DNA from: Candidatus Saccharimonadota bacterium
GTDB lineage: Archaea > Nanobdellota > Nanobdellia > Pacearchaeales > GW2011-AR1
Length of the DNA stretch: 32,000 bases
Reading direction: 5' to 3'
Assembly (NCBI GenBank): GCA_041659445.1
Contig: JBAZYG010000001.1
Location: 1 to 32,000 of the forward strand
Positions 29,176 through 32,000 of the stretch are shown piece after piece. Below the pieces are notes generated by a model that was given only the letters and a program-made list of their open reading frames with translations, was not told the DNA's origin and made no database searches. The position numbers and the translations under genes were made by a program. How positions within the stretch are numbered: the first letter of the stretch is position 1; each line of letters opens with the position of its first letter.

Positions 29176-32000
29176 ATGGTTATCTATCATGAACTTAATT
29201 TTCAAAAAATTGAGCAAAAGTGGCAGAAGAAATGGGAAGAGAAAAAAATCTTTGAAGTCAATGAAAATTTTAAAAAGCCCAAGTTTTACAATCTTGAAAT
29301 GTTTCCTTATCCTTCTGCATCTGGTTTGCATATAGGGCATGCTTTGAATTATACTATTGGAGATATTTATGCTAGATTTAAGAGAATGCAGGGATTCAAT
29401 GTTCTTTATCCAATGGGTTATGATGCTTTGGGACTTCCTGCAGAAAATGCAGCAATAAAAGATAAAACTCATCCTGAAGATTATACTAAAAAATCAACTA
29501 CAAATTTTATGAAGCAACAAAAAATGCTTGGTTTGAGTTATGATTGGTCAAGGCTCATAAATACTTCTGATTCAGATTATTACAAATGGGACCAGTGGAT
29601 TTTTCTTAAAATGCTTGAAAAAGGAATTGCTTATAAAAAAAGTGCATCTGTTAATTGGTGTCCTTCTTGTAAAACTGTTTTAGCTAATGAACAAGCACAA
29701 GGGGGAATATGCGAAAGATGTAAAACAACTTTGGAAATTAAAAATTTAGCACAATGGTTTTTTAAGATAACAAATTATGCAGAAGAACTTTTTGATAAAA
29801 TTGATTCTTTGGATTGGCCTGCACGAACAAAAGCAATGCAGAAAAATTGGATTGGAAAATCTTATGGAACTGAAATTGATTTTGAAATTTCAAAAGAGAA
29901 TAAAATTTCGAACGTTATAGTTGTTCATGGAGGAGATTTAGGAGAGAAAGATAATTCTTATTTTAAACATTGGATGCCTTGGTTAAAAAAGAAATTAAAC
30001 GAAAATAAAATTCATTCAGAATTTCCTTTAATGCCTGTTGATGTTAAAACAACTTATAATGACTGGAAAAAAATATTTGATAAGTTTGAAATTAATGATG
30101 AAAGTATTTTAATTGGTCATAGTAGGGGCACTGCTTTTTTGGTAAAATGGTTGGGAGAAACTAAAAAGAAAGTTAAAAAATTAATTCTTGTTGCTCCTTG
30201 GAAATTTGCAGATAAAAAACATAAAGAAACTTTTTATGATTTTAAAATTGATAATGAAATTAAAAATAGAATTAATGAAATAATAATTTTTACTTCAAAC
30301 GATGAAGAAAAAGATGGAAAAAACAGTGTAAAAATTTTTTATGATTCTTTAGGCGGAAAAAAAATTGAATTAAAAAATCACGGACATTTTACTTTAGAAG
30401 ATATGAAAACTGAAGAATTTCCTGAATTATTGAATGAAATTATAAAAAATCAGAAATGGCCAATTTTTACAACTCGTCCTGATACTATTTTTGGAGTTAC
30501 TTTTTTAGTTATTTCAGCACAGCATCCTAGACTTTTTGAAATTGTTACTAAAGAACAAAAAAAAGAAGTTGAGAATTTTTTGAAAAAATTAAAATCTGTT
30601 AGTGAAAAAGAGTTGCATCGAATCGAAGTCTCAGGAACAGAGTTCCTGGACTCGTCCTCGGAAGACCGAGAACGAAAGGAAGGGGTTTTCACAGGAAGTT
30701 ATGCAATTAATCCTATTAATAATGAAAAAGTTCCAGTTTATGCTGGAAATTTTGTCGTCGCTGATTATGGCTGTGGAATGGTTATGGCTGTTCCTGCTCA
30801 TGATCAAAGAGATTTTGAATTTGCAAAAAAATATAATTTAAAAATAAATCCTGTGATAATTCCTAGGCAAGATTATATAGATAGTTCTATTTTTAAATAC
30901 TCTAAGTTTATTCCAAAATATTCTAATAAGCATTTTAGATTACCTTTTATTACAAATGAAGAAGAAAGAGAGGCTTGGGATTTTTTAAATGATCTTACAA
31001 AGAAGATTAAGAAAGGAGAAATTTGTTATACTGATGAAGAAGGTATATTAATCAATTCCGATAAATTTAATAATATATTTCAAGACCCTGCGATTGTAGA
31101 AATTCCTTTGTTTTTACAAAAAAAAGGTTTGGCAAAACATAATGTTTGTCAATATAAATTAAGAGATTGGTTAATTTCGCGTCAGAGATATTGGGGAACA
31201 CCCATACCTATTGTTTATTGTGATAAATGTGGAATTGTTCCAGTTTTGGAAAAAGACTTGCCTGTTAAATTACCTAAAGAGGTAAAGTTTGGAAAAGGAA
31301 ATCCTTTAGAGACAAATGAAAAATGGATAAATACAAAGTGTCCTAAATGTAAAGGAAAGGCAAGAAGAGAAACAGATACAATGGATACTTTTGTAAATTC
31401 TTCTTGGTATTTTTTAAGATATTGTGATTTTAATAATTCTAAAAAAATATTCGACGAGAAAAAAGTGAAATATTGGATGCCTATTGATTTGTATATTGGT
31501 GGAGCAGAACATGCTTGTATGCATTTAATTTATTGCAGATTTTATACTAAATTTTTGAGAGACTTGGGTTTATTGAATTTTGATGAACCTGCTAAAAAAT
31601 TATTTCATCAGGGAATGTTGCACGGAGAAGATGGAGAAAAAATGAGTAAGTCAAGTGGAAATACTGTTGATCCTATTGATGTTATTAAAAAATATTCTGC
31701 TGATTCTTTGAGGTTAGCTCTTATGAGTTTTGCTTCTCCAGATTCAGATACTAATTGGGATGAAAATGTTTTAATTGGAAATTACAAATTTTTGAATAAA
31801 GTTTATAGTAAGTTTGAAAACATTAAATTTGAAAAATCAGACGCAAAAACAGAAAGCAAATTAAATCAAACAATAAAAAAAGTTTCAGAAAATATTGAAA
31901 ATTTAAAATATAATCTAGCAATAATTTCTCTTCGTTCTTTTTTTGAAGGTTTGCCTGAAAAAACAAGCAAAGATGTTATTGAGAAGTTCTTGAAACTTTT
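29176..32000 (+). CDS. leuS: Leucyl-tRNA synthetase, bacterial-type architecture, 3' partial (runs off the window), with an inserted hydrolase domain
   Basis: Not in the ORF track because there is no stop in the window. ATG at 29176 follows an in-frame TAA, and frame 1 is open to 32000. Motifs: FPYPSASGLHIGHALNY (HIGH), WCPSCKTVLANEQ..CERCK (Zn module), MQKNWIGKS, FTTRPDTIFG and MAVPAHDQRDFEFA (CP1 editing), LRDWLISRQRYWGTPIP, KMSKSSGN. Confidence 0.9.
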   Translation, partial: MVIYHELNFQKIEQKWQKKWEEKKIFEVNENFKKPKFYNLEMFPYPSASGLHIGHALNYTIGDIYARFKRMQGFNVLYPMGYDALGLPAENAAIKDKTHPEDYTKKSTTNFMKQQKMLGLSYDWSRLINTSDSDYYKWDQWIFLKMLEKGIAYKKSASVNWCPSCKTVLANEQAQGGICERCKTTLEIKNLAQWFFKITNYAEELFDKIDSLDWPARTKAMQKNWIGKSYGTEIDFEISKENKISNVIVVHGGDLGEKDNSYFKHWMPWLKKKLNENKIHSEFPLMPVDVKTTYNDWKKIFDKFEINDESILIGHSRGTAFLVKWLGETKKKVKKLILVAPWKFADKKHKETFYDFKIDNEIKNRINEIIIFTSNDEEKDGKNSVKIFYDSLGGKKIELKNHGHFTLEDMKTEEFPELLNEIIKNQKWPIFTTRPDTIFGVTFLVISAQHPRLFEIVTKEQKKEVENFLKKLKSVSEKELHRIEVSGTEFLDSSSEDRERKEGVFTGSYAINPINNEKVPVYAGNFVVADYGCGMVMAVPAHDQRDFEFAKKYNLKINPVIIPRQDYIDSSIFKYSKFIPKYSNKHFRLPFITNEEEREAWDFLNDLTKKIKKGEICYTDEEGILINSDKFNNIFQDPAIVEIPLFLQKKGLAKHNVCQYKLRDWLISRQRYWGTPIPIVYCDKCGIVPVLEKDLPVKLPKEVKFGKGNPLETNEKWINTKCPKCKGKARRETDTMDTFVNSSWYFLRYCDFNNSKKIFDEKKVKYWMPIDLYIGGAEHACMHLIYCRFYTKFLRDLGLLNFDEPAKKLFHQGMLHGEDGEKMSKSSGNTVDPIDVIKKYSADSLRLALMSFASPDSDTNWDENVLIGNYKFLNKVYSKFENIKFEKSDAKTESKLNQTIKKVSENIENLKYNLAIISLRSFFEGLPEKTSKDVIEKFLKL
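29890..30455 (+). other. In-frame ~185-aa YdeN/RBBP9-like alpha/beta serine-hydrolase domain inserted in LeuRS just before the CP1 editing domain
   Basis: VIVVHGG, ILIGHSRGTAF (Ser codon 30121-30123), LILVAPW, IIFTSNDEEKDG and KNHGHF, in the same order as in the stand-alone gene 23256-23816. Flanked by NWIGKSYGTEIDFEI and WPIFTTRPDT. Confidence 0.7.
30615..30690 (+). other. GC-rich island with two adjacent stable hairpins inside the LeuRS coding sequence
   Basis: Hairpin 1 (30624-30654): 13 bp with two 1-nt bulges, core CAGGAAC-AGA-GTTCCTG. Hairpin 2 (30657-30670): CTCGG-AAGA-CCGAG. Codons here (CGA x3, CTG, GAC, TCG x2, TCC, GTC, ATC) are atypical for this AT3-biased genome. Confidence 0.6.

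Noticed and set aside
29107-29472. 121-aa minus-strand ORF
   Set aside because: It is antisense to the 5' end of leuS, which carries the unmistakable HIGH-region motifs on the plus strand.
29890-30455. Intein in LeuRS
   Set aside because: The insert lacks a Cys/Ser/Thr at its N-terminal junction, lacks a His-Asn plus Cys/Ser/Thr at the C-terminal junction, and has no homing-endonuclease motifs. Instead it has a GxSxG hydrolase layout.
30450-30841. ORFs 30450-30692 (minus) and 30602-30841 (plus, a different frame from leuS)
   Set aside because: Both exist only because the GC-rich island at 30615-30690 lacks stop codons. The leuS frame passes through the island with conserved flanking motifs.

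Overview
Visibly AT-rich, very compact 32 kb window from an archaeal genome; I did not compute exact GC. Archaeal markers are TFB, an Sm-like protein, ribosomal proteins eS1, eL42, eS8 and eS17, the tRNA-splicing endonuclease EndA and RNase Z. There are six tRNA genes, and four carry introns at the canonical 37/38 position. Small size, giant surface proteins, intron-rich tRNAs and a bacterial-type LeuRS make it look DPANN-like, but that is inference only.

Layout:
- 1-4365: a cluster of secreted or membrane-anchored proteins rich in N-glycosylation sequons. It includes two tandem mosaic paralogues, one of which runs on into a double-HTH tail.
- 4468-8218: a thioredoxin + wHTH operon, ribosomal protein genes, tRNA-Thr, tRNA-Val and small membrane proteins.
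- 8278-17666: a 619-aa protein with a pilin-like (class III) signal peptide. It is translationally coupled to a 2510-aa secreted giant that ends in an SLT/GH23 lytic-transglycosylase domain.
- 17693-17953: an odd tRNA-Leu unit carrying a decayed upstream copy of itself.
- 17952-29128: housekeeping genes.
- 29176 to the window end: a bacterial-type LeuRS interrupted in frame by an alpha/beta serine-hydrolase domain. Further downstream it contains a GC-rich double-hairpin island.

Most first genes have a TATA-like box (TTTATAAAT-type) about 26 nt upstream of the ATG, which suggests leaderless mRNAs. Internal operon genes use GGAGGT/GGTG Shine-Dalgarno sites. I saw no rRNA, CRISPR array, transposase, integrase or reverse transcriptase. 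All functional calls come from reading motifs by eye; no database search was run.
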